Source of the DNA: Balanoglossus misakiensis
Taxonomy: Eukaryota; Animalia; Hemichordata
DNA: 64,000 bases
NCBI GenBank assembly: GCA_040954595.2
Contig: CM082578.2
Span: 912,831 to 976,830 of the forward strand
Direction: 5' to 3'
A model generated the notes under the pieces. That model did no database searches, was not told the origin of the DNA, and was given only the letters and a program-made list of their open reading frames with translations. Shown here piece after piece: positions 12,950 to 26,355 of this stretch; positions within the stretch are counted from its first letter, which is position 1, and every line of letters begins with the position of its first letter. A program made the position numbers and the translations under genes.

Positions 12950-15900
12950 TTACTTTTTATAGGGGCCTCTTGACTTGATTTCAGGTTTTGTATGTGTCGG
13001 GCTAGTCCTAATATGGTGGTCTTTCACTAGTTGCTCAAGTTTGTTCAGGCGGTCACCAGGCATACATGCATAGCTCACTGAAGCCTGGTTAAAGGCGTGG
13101 TGGATTGACTCTATCCTCTGCTCGCCGAAGAACCCTAGCCCTCGTTTAAATAATCTGATCTTCTCCATTATGTGACACTCAAGCATGTGCAATTTTGGAA
13201 ACACACTTTCCTCTGGAAAATGTGTCCTATTCAGGTTCATGAACCTGGATACGGCAGTATCTGAAATAAATTATATTTGAAAATGTCAATATTTTTTACT
13301 TCAAAGTTATAATTTAGTTATTCAATGTTACAATAGTGATGTGCCATAAATGATAAGCATTATGTATTGTACGGCATACACTTTGGGAAAGGTATGGGTG
13401 GTGGAGAGGGGCGAATGGCCGGGAAGTGAGATGAGATGCGCGTGGTGTTGATACCAAATTCAAGTCTGATTTATTGTAACTTTACGCAAGCTATATATAC
13501 ATGTTGGTGAACCTTGACTTTTGTTCACACCTGATACCGGGAGATTCACACTTGACAGTGGGCTCAAGTTTGGTGACTGACTTATTCCCTGCTTGCTGTG
13601 TGCAAGTGGAAGAGGGGGTGGGGGTGCCTGCATGCATGCTGTACTTACCCAATTCTTCAATTTCAATGTGTGTCAATTTTCTGCTGTGGGAATACTTGTT
13701 GTGGCAGTTTGCAAACTCCGTGAACAGTGGTTGGTGTTTGTGTACTATTTTCCGGGCTTTTGGGAGCAACTCTGGGCATACCTGCTCAGTCACATTTACA
13801 ACACTGTTGCATAGTAGATTCACATTTTGTGGCTGAAAAATAGGCAGTCCAATCATTAATCTTTTCATTTACAGGGCAAGTATAATGTTTGTTTTTTTCA
13901 CTATGAATTAAGCCTGTATTTCAAGACTGTAACTGATTAACTATATCAAATACTAAACACTTACATTTAACTAAAATCAAAGAATGTTATAAATGTTCTG
14001 TGAATTAAAATTTGATTAATGTATTTTTTAATTCAACCTTCGGTTACTCACCAACTAGAAAAATATTGTTAAACATCCAACCTAAAAATAAAAAAAAACT
14101 AACAGAAAAATGAAAAATAAAGATAAAATGTCCAAGGGAACTTGGCTATATATAAACTTTCAGTACAATTTATTACACAATTAGGGCAAACAAACTTCAA
14201 CAACTTCATGCATGGCAATTAAGTAACCATAACAATTATTCTTACACAGACCTTGCAGCATCGGTTTACATGATTGCCTATGAATGACTGACTATGGTAG
14301 GCTTGCAAATAGACATTGATAGAAGCAAGTGCTACTTCAAGTCCCCTATGCAAGTATCCAGCTTGATGGGGAAGCCTTTTCTGCAATATTACAATTCCTG
14401 CAGCCTAAAAGTTAAACACACCCAATGATTACATTCAAATGAAAAATTAGTCATGTTATACCTGAAAAGAAGACAAATCACATTTTTTTTTATAAATCAG
14501 TACCAAATATGATAATGCATTCACCTTTTTGTCTGCAATATCAGAGAGTTTCTTTCTTTTACGTTCCATATGTTTTACTTGTCCAAGTGTTGGTGGCCAG
14601 TCCTCATCATCACTATCATCATCACTAGTATCAGTGAAGGCAGCTTCAATGTGGGATGTCAGTAAATCATACTCAACATGTATTTCATTAATCTCTGAAT
14701 TGAGGTGAGATATCTTCGAAATGTGACTGACATATTCATCAAAGTGGGCAGGTTTCATGACTGGCACATCTATTTCCTCCCCCGCCCCCACTAAACGAGT
14801 GAAGATTTCGGCATCAAGTAGATGACAAGAATTCTGCAGGAGACGAAAGAGCCTCTGAAATATGCCCAGGGAGATGTGCAAAACTGGAATCGAAACCTAT
14901 GAGAGAAATTAAGCATAACACATTAATTATGACTTCTTGTTTTTATCTGAAATGAAGATAGAGAAAAATGAAATTGATACATCTATGAAGAACATACCCT
15001 ACACAGTGGAATTCTAAACATTTGATCCCTGACGCAATTGTAATACTCTTTAGCTTGAGTAAGGACCTTCCCTGCACTGACAAAATTATTGTGTGCATCT
15101 CTGATTGACTCTAGTGTTCTTGGTGGAATATCCGGCCGCTCTTCTGGTGGTAGCTTTGCTTGCTCTTTTGTGGTCAGACACCACAGGCAAAGTATCGTCC
15201 TGTTGATGAAACAAGGAAAAAAGCCTGGGATGTAAAATGAGGGGACAGACAGATAGAAAATAAGGTAGAAAGGTAACATTGATACTCATTTGTTTTTATG
15301 TATTTATTTTTTGTCCACAGAGATGCACAAGTTCTTGTTTGGCTTGCAGGTGACTATGAATTTCTGGTGAAGATGTACGGATTGTCTGGTCCAAGTGGTA
15401 TGTGCTGCATGCTGATTCTTTTGATTGTAACATGTTTCTAAATATTTGCATGTCATTTTTTTAATAGAAATATTTAGAAACATGTTACAATCAAAAGAAT
15501 CAGCATGCAGCACATACCACTTGGACCAGACAATCCGTACATCTTCACCAGAAATTCATAGTCACCTGCAAGCCAAACAAGAACTTGTGCATCTCTGTGG
15601 ACAAAAAATAAATACATAAAAACAAATGAGTATCAATGTTACCTTTCTACCTTATTTTCTCTCTGTCTGTCCCCTCATTTTACATCCCAGGCTTTTCTTT
15701 CTGCCCCCGTCTCTTTGTTTCACTTTGATCTGTTTGTCAGTGTATCCAATTGTGTTCTATTTTAATTTCAGTCTCTTTGTGTCTGTCTTCCTTCAGTTCC
15801 ATTTGTCTGTTGTGTCAGTCTCTCTCTTTTTGCTAACAGAGATACATGTACTATGATTAATGCTTACTTCCACCTTAGACCATTTAGTGAGTCAACTTGC

Positions 15901-18587
15901 CCACTGTTTAACTTCATGGCAGTGTTTAGGTTGGTCAATTTATCCGGAGCTTCAAAAACACTCCAACACACAGTGTTGTTGATGCTGTTGAGGTGATCCA
16001 CATTCATTATCTCAAATGCCCATTTCATGGAACCACCACCATGGTCACCTCCAACCTTTACCCAGACTTCAGAAGATGGAATAAGACCATCATGCCAGGT
16101 CAGTTTCTGTAGTCTAAAGAGAGAAAAACTGGCTCAACCCTTAAATCAAAACCATGCAGCTTTACCAAGGATGTACCTCCAGGCGATACATGTGACCTTA
16201 CATATTACAATGAAAAAAAAAAATTAAGGTGTGCTAATGCATGTTTTCCTATTCAACAAGAAAAATTTGTGAAAACTCACCACAGTGATAAGGAGATAGA
16301 AATACAAGTCTTAAAAGGCAAGCTGCTATTGTACAAAGCCAGCCAGTTATGAAACACACAATCAACTATCTATAAAGTCAATAGCAGTAAAACAAAACAA
16401 ATCTTACCTGTCTAGGGTATCAAGTCTACCTATTACTGTTTCAACAAGATTAGATACAGCTACACATGGTGCCAGCCGTATTTCACTAAGTTTACCACTA
16501 CCCGTACCATTTACTGTAAATGTGAAGGGTAGGTTCTTCATTTGGAGCTGAATCTCAAGTGACTTCATTCTCTCACGGTCTTTGTTTTCTCCTTCAAGTC
16601 GAATATTCCACATTCTTAGCCATCTGCATTTGAAATGAAACTTCATATTTGATGAAACCTACAATCAGTGACCTAAGTGATTAATGTAGCACAGCTAGGT
16701 GACAGTTTAAGAAGTTTGAAATTTAACAACATAAAACCTCATTCTTTAAGCATAGAGATTATAATAAAATGTGATAATTTTTAGTTAATCATGCAGAATA
16801 TCTCAGACAGCTATTGTAATTGCTAATAGGTATATATCATATTGTTGTTAAAACATCAATAAAACATGACAATTATTGCATAAAGAACAGATAGAAATTA
16901 AAGCTGCAAGCAGCATTGTCGGGCCCAAGCGCTGATCTCGAATTATATATGCACAGTATGAATGAGAAGAAACAGAATTTTCTATCGGGTGTATTATCTC
17001 ATGACATAACAAGGACGTGTGCGCTTGGGCCCTAACAACTTACCTTCTTATTTTCCGCATGGTTGACCAGGTGACCCCAACATCACTCTTTAAGAGAAGT
17101 CCAGCACCAGGTGGAATATCTGGACTGAGGCCGAGAGAAGATAGCGGGGATTCTTTTTCCTCCTTCTTCATCCTTTTAATTTCATTTCCTGTCTGAATGT
17201 GTGCTGATTTACCACCACCGCTTACTTGGTGCCTCACTTCAGATAAGCATTTTGATCTTAAGACCAGAGTTTGCTTTGAACACTCAGAACTTTCCTTTCT
17301 TGGCTTCCGAATTTTGGACAGCATAATTGGCTGCAAGTACAAAAAATATCTTAAGTTTCTACAAGTATCGTCTACGCATCAATTTAAGTTATATTACACT
17401 GATGTAGCAGTACGGTTATAACTAACAAAATCAATAATTGTTCCCCCTAGTCAAATCAAAAGTAAATACTCAAGGGTGAATTATTTTTAAGACAAGAATA
17501 AAGGAAGAAGTATACTCACTTGACCACCTGTTTTGAATTTAATTAAACCACTTGATTCAAATTCCAGCTTCTTCTTGACAATAGTTGTGGCGAGTTGTTC
17601 AAACATTGGCAGAGTGTGGATATCGGCTGATGTCTGCAGTAACGTTTTAGCGGCTTGAACAGGGGTTACTTCAGGTTTGCCAATCTCTTCATTTATTTGT
17701 GATTGTTGGGGACTGGGATTATCAATACTGACCTGTCCCTTGTTGACACGCATGTTGAAGGGGCATGGTGAGGCATAATTATGTTCCTTGGCGATAGTTT
17801 TGAAGGCACATTGATTTGTGTGAGAGCAAAGGTCTTGTAGTGGCACAACTTCTGAAAAACCAGCATTTGCAATGTCACACACAATATTTAGAGACGACAG
17901 CATATTTGACAATACTAATGGGACACTGACAATATCACCTGGCATAATACGTAGGCGACAGATGGGGCATGTGGTTGATTCTTCAAACCACTTACATAAA
18001 CAAGTAGAACAAAAAACATGGGGCCCACTACACAGAAGTTGAACTGGCTCGTCAACAACATCTCGGCAAACTGGACATTCAAAATCTTGACTCGCAGAGG
18101 AAAAGCGTGACCTTGACAAGTTTAATGCAGACCTTAGCTTCTTGCCAGCTTTCTGCTGTACAGCAAGGATAATGTTTTCTGATTGTATATGTCCTTGGTC
18201 TCCATCAAGTTTTTTGGTTTGTGTCATTGGAGGTCTTCCCCGGTTTTTTGCTGCTTTCCGCTTTCGTCCACTTTTGCAAAGAGTACACACACTGCATTCA
18301 CCAATTCTCGGATGTTTTTTCCAACCAGTTAACTGTACCCCATGATTGTACTGTTTACCTGTTTCTTTTGCCTTTGTAATAGATGTTATAAGCCGCTTGC
18401 AGTTACTACAGAAATGGGTTGGGTGAATGCCAGGGTCATCCGTTGAAATATCTATTCCAAAACATTCACCTAAAGCGTCTCCAATATTTGCGCACAGAAA
18501 TGGCTTCTCTGCAAATTTACGGCTGCAAATCCGACATCTATTCAGCAATATGTTATTGTGGAACTCGAGAGATTTCCGCCCGGTCAT
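12950..18587 (-). CDS. RAG1-like (Chapaev-type) DDE transposase, 10 exons, ~1040 aa, with one apparent 1-bp frameshift
   Basis: GT-AG exons: 18587-17520, 17330-17044, 16623-16408, 16113-15868, 15594-15518, 15199-14998, 14896-14525, 14404-14252, 13832-13649, 13260-12950. Motifs: Chapa finger (H-x7-CRIC...D-x4-H-x4-CxxC...WKKH...CxxC); RING (CPVC...C-x3-HVFC-x2-C...CPIC); VKVGGDHGGGS (D); LAGDYEF (D); CLWC; LHISLG; AYHSQSFIGNH; PKLHMLECH; GEQRIESIH (E). Exons total 3116 nt, one short of a whole codon count; one T is missing near 15190 (TACTTTGCCTGTGG). Confidence 0.85.
15219..15696. repeat. Near-perfect palindrome (229-bp arms, 20-bp spacer) containing transposase exon 5
   Basis: 15219-15447 is the reverse complement of 15468-15696; I could see only one mismatch. 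Confidence 0.92.
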
Positions 18588-20522
18588 CGTACTGGCTGCA
18601 GCACCCGACAAATGTGCAGACGACAACGTAGTTCGATCAAATTTGGCGCTAGTGTACACGTAAACAATACAGTAACCATGGGCACGGTCAGCTTAAGGGG
18701 TCATCGAAGCATCGAACCACACAACACATGCCGTTCAAAAAAAAAAAAAAACCCAAAGCAAGGAAAAAACACCCCGACAAAATCATCACACTCAAAACAC
18801 AAAATATTCGACAACGAACACATAAAAATCGGTTTGATTAAAATATAATTCGATTTTCGATGTTATCTTAGCTGTAAATTACAGTTCACAAAAACGGGAT
18901 TCCATGCTGTTCACTCGCCATTGTTTACATGTAGATTGCAAACGTACCTGCGTCATGATCCAAATGTCTTCCAAATCACGCGGCAAGATCCATATAAACT
19001 CCAAAAAATTACAGTTTATGCGATAAAAAAGCATATTTCTCGAGTACGAACTCGCAAAAATATCGGAAACGGCTATATTCAGTGATGTTTTTCACCGATG
19101 GCCATGCATTCGCATGGGCGCGCACATGTTGATCTTGCAAAGTCTCGCCATATCACGCAATGGAACGTGAAGAAAATGGCTGTTGCTTTGTTATTTATTT
19201 CCTCCAACTAAGTAGGGCCTGCCGCTATGGCTAAAACGCTTGTGGGTGTACATAAATATTTATGCATTGTCACAATGACTGGAGGTCTTTAAATGACCAA
19301 GCTGTATGGACACCTCATTCAATGTTACATATATTTGTTATTACATGTTTTATTGAAATTGCCAGTTGTCTGTTTTAATTCTGGCAGTTCTGCTGTGTCT
19401 TTTGTCTTGCCCTGACAGAATGCAGTAATATTTGCAGTACAAGAGGAGTGTCAGTAAATAGTGGAGCAATATCTTTCTACGAATGTACTCATGCATTGCT
19501 CCAAAGTGAAGTACATTCGCAAAACCAGTTTGGGAAATCGGGACTCTTTTCAAGATTATACCACATTTTTGTGGATGTCACATGACATGGAAACACTCTA
19601 GAATCACGATTGAGATAAGGTTTCGGTTTGATATACCACTTCCTTGTTATTTCAATCTGTATGTTTTCTTAACCCCCTCCCTCGAAAAAAGGTAATTGAG
19701 GTAATTGTAAAATTACCTGAAAACAAACAGGCTACTCTAGCCTCCATTTTATGAGGTTTGTGATGTAACATATTTTGAATTTCGTGAATCGATCAAAAGT
19801 TTCCGTGCACCAACTATCAAAACTACACCAAAAAATAATTTGGGCAATTCATAAGGAGAATCTAGTGGGTCGGCGGCTATAGAACTGACGTAAGTGTAAG
19901 TATCAGAGGATTGTGGGTACGAGGCTGGGAAGAGCAACACTCGAACACTCATGAAATCTACATGTGACGCCAAATTCTTTGTAATATGAACAGTGGAAAA
20001 CTGCCATGCCATCCCTCTAAGTGCAAACTTCCAAAGATTTCAATCTGGTGATATTTAATGAAAATATTTTATTCAAATTCATGTGGTGATATTTAAAAAA
20101 AAATATTTTATTCAAATTCATGTTATAAATTAAACTTGCATCTATGATATAGAAATGACTCTGTCTTATATAACAAAAATACAAATAACTTGGTTAGATG
20201 ACCAAAGATTTCCCATCTCGAAAAGTTTCTACCAAAATGACTAACTCCAAATCTGCTAAGAGAGCCCTAGCAAATTTAATCACTGCACATTACTCTCGAT
20301 AAAACGAAATATTGCGCATTCATTTTGTCCTTGAATTGAAATGCATGGCCAGTGTTCATAGACTTCACACACACAGGATGTTTAAGGAGTTGAATTGTTA
20401 TTGACAGCGACCAGGTCGGTAGATTCTATAGGATGAAGAAAAAATGAAAAGACAGTCAGTACATAGCTAAATTCTCCTATACAAGGGCGTCTTCAATTGG
20501 TACAGTGACTGACTGACTGACT

Positions 20523-20584
20523 GAATGGATGAATGAATGAATGAATGAATGAATGAATGAATGAATGAATGAATGAATGAATGA
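20523..20584. repeat. (GAAT)n microsatellite
   Basis: Read directly from the sequence. Confidence 0.95.
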
Positions 20585-20665
20585 TGAACGGATGAGTCGT
20601 AATAATATGCTTCAATCACAGGGGCTTTGAAAATTATTAAAAAAAATAAAAAATAATGTACTCAC

Positions 20666-21624
20666 AACCGACATTTATACAACATACAGCTCAAGAAACT
20701 CCTCCATGTGTACAATACTTTGCCAATTTAGTGACAACATCAGCTTGCAGAGCACGTGAGCACCGCTTTCGCCAGCCTGTGGTGCCCGCATATCTTTTTT
20801 GTTCAGCAGTAACATGCACGACACATGCAGAGACACAAACGTCCATGTTGCAAATTGTAGATGAAAGCATCAGCTGCGCTGGTTTTATGGTCAGCATCAC
20901 TGGCTGTTACATGAAAACTGTTTGTCACATACCTTAACCAACATATACGTGTATCTGTATGGAAAGAAAGTAGGCTCACCCCCGGTACAGTATTATTTTT
21001 TTTGCATGCACGCAATGGCCTGAATTTGCTAAACTGGGATCATCTGCGCGCATTTCAAAACGTGCTCGTTGCTTAACTTCGCGTGCTTTACTACTCACAA
21101 TTATTCCACTTGTGAACGAACACGTCACCCAATTTTACAGTGTAGCCATGTGGAAAACTGGTGACAAGGTAATATTTCATTCGAAGATCAACCTACGTTC
21201 AGAAAGTTTGCATTGTGGTGAATTCTCACTGCTCTCGCAATGCGGTCTGTGGCTCACTGCCGCAGACCGCATTACACGTAGAAATAAATTCTGTACGTCA
21301 CAGTTCGTAGGTCGCATAGGTCATGGAGTTAATCCATTATACATTGCGGCTTACAATTTCTCGTGACCCTCTTATCATGCAGCTTGTGTGTTACTGACCA
21401 CTGACGCATGTCAAAACACTCAATATTTTTTTTTAATTTGCAAAATCTTTCATTTTAAAGTCGTGATACTCACTGCAGATAGCATTCTTTTCAGTAGGAA
21501 CTATTTCTGCTGCCATTTCAATATTGTCTGTATTCCATGTAAATATATTTCCTCCAATTGAACAGTCCCCCGCCACAGCTGCAACCTCTTCTGCAGTCAG
21601 AACTTTTGACCACATGTATGTCAT
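20666..21624 (-). pseudogene. Decayed exons of a secreted protein: pentraxin-like C-terminal segment (21624-21474) and WSC-like exon (20954-20666)
   Basis: YMWSKVLTAEEVAAVAGDCSIGGNIFTW resembles the end of a pentraxin/LamG domain and is followed by a GTGAGT donor. The next exon has YVG...MDVCVSAC...RYAG...C spread over shifting frames with stops. Confidence 0.45.
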
Positions 21625-21658
21625 TTAGTCAAGACAATTTGGGAGAACTGTAGTTTAA

Positions 21659-22013
21659 AGCTGCCACTTTTTGCATTATTTTCATGATTTTATTTTCCAA
21701 CTTAAATTGGTTCATCAAAATAAGCTTACTGATAGGTATACATAAACATCTTATCGATGCCCGATTGTGACTGCATGTTGCAATTGGAACATGCTATGTA
21801 TTAAAACGGTGCCTCACCGATTTAATCAGCCTTCATACAAACAATAGCAGCTAAGCAGCTATCGTGAAATGCGACGCCAAGTGATGACAAACCAATGCAA
21901 ATGCAAGTAATATGGCTTAATGGTCACGGGTGAAGATTTTAGGGAATAGGGAATATACATATGAAGTATTTTACTCTGGAAAAAAATATGCCAATTTTAG
22001 CAGCTATAGGGTT
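21659..22013. mobile_element. Kolobok-like MITE, same family as 26571-26910, opposite orientation
   Basis: AGCTGCCACTTTTTGCATTATTTTCATG ... GCAGCTATAGGG, between TTAA-like sites. Confidence 0.65.
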
Positions 22014-22307
22014 TTTAAAGCGCGGGCGAAGTATGAAAAGATGCAGTAAATATCGATACATTGTATTTTGGAGGTTTCTCATAACCATGATTGGTTGGCT
22101 AATTATGCGGCGTTTTCTAAATAAAAGGAACAATATTAATTTATTGTTGGGGCTCACCTCCGTTAACATCTTGCCGTCTCTGCTGAGTGTTGGCCTCTTC
22201 CAGCGGCACGTGTTTGTCCTTTACGGCATGCTGTAAAATATTTAGAATAGCGCTGCCATTTGATCAAAGGATAAGCTGGCTTCGCGTGTTAGGGATGTGT
22301 GTCTGAC

Positions 22308-23601
22308 TACGGCGCGCCAAGTGTTTCAAAATTATTTATCATTATTTTATAGAAAATTAATGTCTTTTTTTAAAAAAATACGTAAAAAACACACAAAAAA
22401 CTGATTGGTGGTTCAAAAAACAACGAGTGTAAAAAGTAATCCGTCGTGGAGTAAAAAAACAAAAAAAACAAAAAAAAAAACCTAACACACACAGAAGAAA
22501 ATGTCACCTGTTGTCAAAAAAACCCCACCAAGCTTACCGAAAAAAATACGTCCACAAGGCAGTTGCTCAAAAAATCACTAATTTGTCACAAAAAAACCAC
22601 GCGCACATTTTTCACGAAAAACGCACACTTCACCCCCACAAAAAATACACACAAAGTATTAAAAAGAACACTCTTTGAAAAAAAAGAGAGACTACAACTT
22701 AAAAAAATGCACACCCCCAGAACAAGCAACACAGGCAAACATAGAAAAAACACGAACATGTTAGCCATAAAAAAACGGAGATATTTGTCACCGAAAAAAA
22801 AAACCCGCACTCATGTCACCCCAAAACTAACGGGCCACTTTTAAAAAACGCAGATGCACTGAGGTTGCAAAAATAAGCACATTTTTAATCCCCCGAAAAA
22901 AAACCAGGCAATTTGAAAAAAACGCACAGCAATTTGCAAAAAAAAAAAATATGAACATTTGTCACCCCAAAAAACCAGGCAATTTGAAAAAAAAACGCAG
23001 AGCAATTTGCAAAAAAAAAATATATAGGAACATTTGTCACCCCCCCAAAAAAACAGGCAATTTGAACAAAAAAACGCAGAGCATTTTGCAAAAAAAAAAT
23101 ATAGGAACATTTGTCACCCAAAAAAAAAACGCAGAGCAATTTGCAAAAAAAAAAAATAATAGGAACATTTGTCACCCAAAAAACAGGCAATTTGAAAAAA
23201 ATAAAACACGATATAAAATTTGAAAAAAAAATATATAGGCACATTTGTCACCCAAAATATTCAGGCAGATCCAAGTTGTAAAAAATGGTATATTTGTCAT
23301 CCAAAAAATAAAACAAGCGTGTTTAAAAAAACGAACATTCAGTTGTAAAAATAAATAATAGTCTTTAACAACTTGAAAAAAACCCGGACGCATTTGAAAG
23401 AATAGCGTATGCGCATGCGCCGAAAAAAAAATTGAGTGAGAAATCCTGGGGAATAAATGCGCATGCGCAAAAAAAAAAAAAGTGAACAATCCTGGCTGAA
23501 AAAAAAAAGTGAGAGATTTCGGTAGAGGAGTCTGGGTAATATTTGAAAAAAAAAACGGAGTCTGAAAATAAGTTGAGAAAAGAAAGGGGAAACACACAAA
23601 C
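22308..23601. repeat. Left TIR (~1.3 kb) with ~65-bp A-tract subrepeats
   Basis: Unit AGGCAATTTG(A)nCGCAGAGCAATTTGC(A)nTAGGAACATTTGTCACCC(A)n; mirrored at 39433-40765. Confidence 0.9.
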
Positions 23602-23626
23602 CGATAAGGGTCGAAGATAAGCAAAC

Positions 23627-26355
23627 ATGGCGCCGTTATGGGATTCCTTCGTGAAGGAAGTGAAGATACTTGTTCGAGACCACAGAAACAGGTTACCGTC
23701 TGGTCTAAATGACCGGCGAGTGGTGTGTAACATGGTCGAGAGAACTGTCTCTATGATACGTTACACACTGAACATAAGAGAAGCGGTGCAGCACCATGTA
23801 ATGGCCGTTTCTGTGCAGGACATTCATTTGTTACTGGATTGCTTGAACTCTGTACATATTGCGTTGCAATCTGTTTTGGAAATATGGAGCTCTAACTCTG
23901 GAAACAGTCCTCGCTCTTGTGTTACGATTGGGAATGTTAATACGTCTCGTGATGTGAACTGTGGACTATCTGAGACTGAAACTATTCGAACTGGTGAACC
24001 TGGACGTCCACCATATGATATTGATGACAAGGTACAATTATTTATCGAATACGGGTTCAAAATGAAAGATATCTCAGAAATGCTCCAAATATCTCGTCAA
24101 ACATTATGGAGAAGATTGAAATCATTAGGGTATGATTTCACAGATAAGTACAATCCCATTAGTGATGCAGATCTTGACATGCACATACGCAGAATCAAGG
24201 AATCGACTTTTAAGCATTGCGGAGAAAGAATCGTGGAAGGTATTCTGAGATCTATGAAAGTTTCCGTTCAAAGACAGCGAATAAGAGAAAGTCTCCAGAG
24301 GATTGAACCTCTTGAACGAGCCCTGCGTTGGCCACTCTTGAGAATGAAAAGTAAAAGGCATGGTGTGTACAATGTGGCGGCAGCACAAAGTTTATGGCAT
24401 ATTGGTAAGAGTTTACATTACACAAAGTTATTATGATAGATAGTATGTACGTACATGCATGTAATGTATGTATGTATGTATGTATGTATGTATGTATGTA
24501 TGTATGTATGTATGTATGTATGTATGTATGCATGCATGCATGCATGCATGTAAATATGTATGTATCATGTATCTATTTATGTATTTATCTATCTATGTAG
24601 GTGTATGCGTGTCAGTGAAATCTTAAAACCACTGCATGTTTTCAAATGGAATTATATATACGCACGAACTGGTCAAAATCTCGTGGTATACCATGGCTGG
24701 GGGTGTTTTATTGCTATTATATTATGCCAGTATATTGAAACTTTGCATAAAACATTTTAAAAAGGCATTTTCTTTGACTATGATATATGACTGTGGTATA
24801 TGGCTAATATACCATGGTCACGTGTCGTGTCTCGACCAATCAAATAGCGTGATTTACACCATCAATATACTGGTATAATATAATACTCAATATTGAACAG
24901 TTGTCATAAAGATGCTTAAGTTAGACTCAGTCTGATACAGATACATCTTCGGTTTCGAGTAACTGAGAGTAATTGTGCATCAAGAGCTGATTTGTATAGT
25001 TGTACTTTAGGAAACCCTATTTAGAATGAAAAATATTTTGATCACATTTGGCCGTGTTCATATTTAATTTACATTCCAATCAATTATGCACTTCTGAGGT
25101 ACATATTTGATGTGATAAAAAAAATAATTTTCCACATCTAAATATAACTTTAAAGTGCTAAAATGTTGTACATGTCATACATTGAGCAATTGATCATGTG
25201 TACTCGTCTTTCAGCATATTCTTTTTATACTTAAGACTAATTTGGGTGAGGAAGCTGGAAATGCAGTTTTATGAAGTGGGCCTGCATCCCACGAAACCAA
25301 AACTGAATGCCAAACTAAATCTGAAGCTAGCTTAAGCATCATTGCCATGATGCTGTTTTTCCATGTTGATTTTATTTCTTAGTGAAACATTTACCATAAT
25401 TATGTATGTGGATTGCTGCTTTTCTGAATATTGAACTTAATTAATAAGTGTGTGATATATAGTCCTCCTTGCCAATAGAATTGATCTACGTGTACATTTA
25501 TCAAGAGTTTCATAAGGCTTAATACATATTTCATTTTTTGCAGATGGCCTGGAAAAATTACAAAGATGGGGACTATATGTTCATGGTGGAATAGATGGGT
25601 ATTCTAGAGTAGTTGTCTACCTCATTGCTGCCAACAACAAGATGGCATCAACTGTTTTAGATGGTTTCCTTGGTGCAGTGCAAGAATATGGCATTCCGTC
25701 CCGTGTCAGATCTGATTATGGGATGGAAAATACAACGGTTGCAGCTTTCATGCTGGCACACCGTGGAGACAACAGAGGTTCACACATTGTTGGATCATCA
25801 ATTTATAATCAAAGAATTGAACGATTACATCAAGATACATTTAAATGTTGTTTGGAATACTATCGTGATGTTTTTCTACAGATGGAATGCCAGGGTCTTT
25901 TAAATCCTGATAATCCTATAGAGATACTGTGTCTTCATTTTGTTTTTCTTCCTCGTATAAATTATTCACTGACAGTTTTTAGGAAAGGCTGGAATGAACA
26001 TAGATTGCAAACAGAACACAATTTGAGTCCGAATCAGCTGTGGCTGCAAAGTGTTACTGCATTCAAAAATTCTGATAAAACTGCTATCAGAGAACTGTTA
26101 GATCCAGAGAACATAGATTATGCCACTTATGGAGTGGAAACTGACATCACTGTCAACAGTAATGAAGAATACATCACTGTCAACAGTGATGAAGAATCAA
26201 ATAATGAAATGCTATCACCAACATTTGAATTGTCAAATTATGAGCAATGTTTTCAGACTCTACAGGAAAGGATAGATCCATTAGCAGCAAGTGATGAAAA
26301 GGGTATTGATATTTACACTAGAGCATGTTCCTTAATCAGACAAATGTCATTGTAA
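23627..26355 (+). CDS. IS3EU-type DDE transposase, 2 exons, 529 aa, apparently intact
   Basis: Exons 23627-24404 (donor G|GTAAGA) and 25544-26355 (acceptor TTGCAG|AT) join in frame (1590 nt). Motifs: GRPPY; HTH (ISEMLQISRQTLWRRL); SLWHIDG...HGGIDGYSR; PSRVRSDYGMEN; NQRIERL (D-D-E). Confidence 0.92.
24465..24550. repeat. (TATG)n/(CATG)n microsatellite in the transposase intron
   Basis: Read directly from the sequence. Confidence 0.95.

Larger units (their letters stand above)
12360..19244 (-). mobile_element. Chapaev / N-RAG-TP-type DNA transposon, full length (6885 bp)
   Basis: Left end CACAAGCGTTTGCCCCATAG; right end (reverse complement) CACAAGCGTTTTAGCCATAG. 4-bp TSD GGTG at 12356-12359 and 19245-19248. 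Encloses a RAG1-like transposase. Confidence 0.9.

Noticed and set aside
16917-17035. Short inverted repeat GGGCCCAAGCGC...GCGCTTGGGCCC in transposase intron 2
   Set aside because: Only 12 bp with no TSD; likely a small repeat remnant.
12360-19244. ProtoRAG (RAG1L-RAG2L) transposon or true RAG1 gene
   Set aside because: No RAG2-like kelch/PHD ORF lies inside the TIRs, the TSD is 4 bp rather than 5 bp, and the core motifs (GGDHGGGS, GDYEF) are Chapaev-type.
22890-23260. CRISPR-like repeat/spacer appearance of the TIR subrepeats
   Set aside because: The intervening sequences are homopolymer-length variants, not unique spacers; the context is eukaryotic and no cas genes are present.
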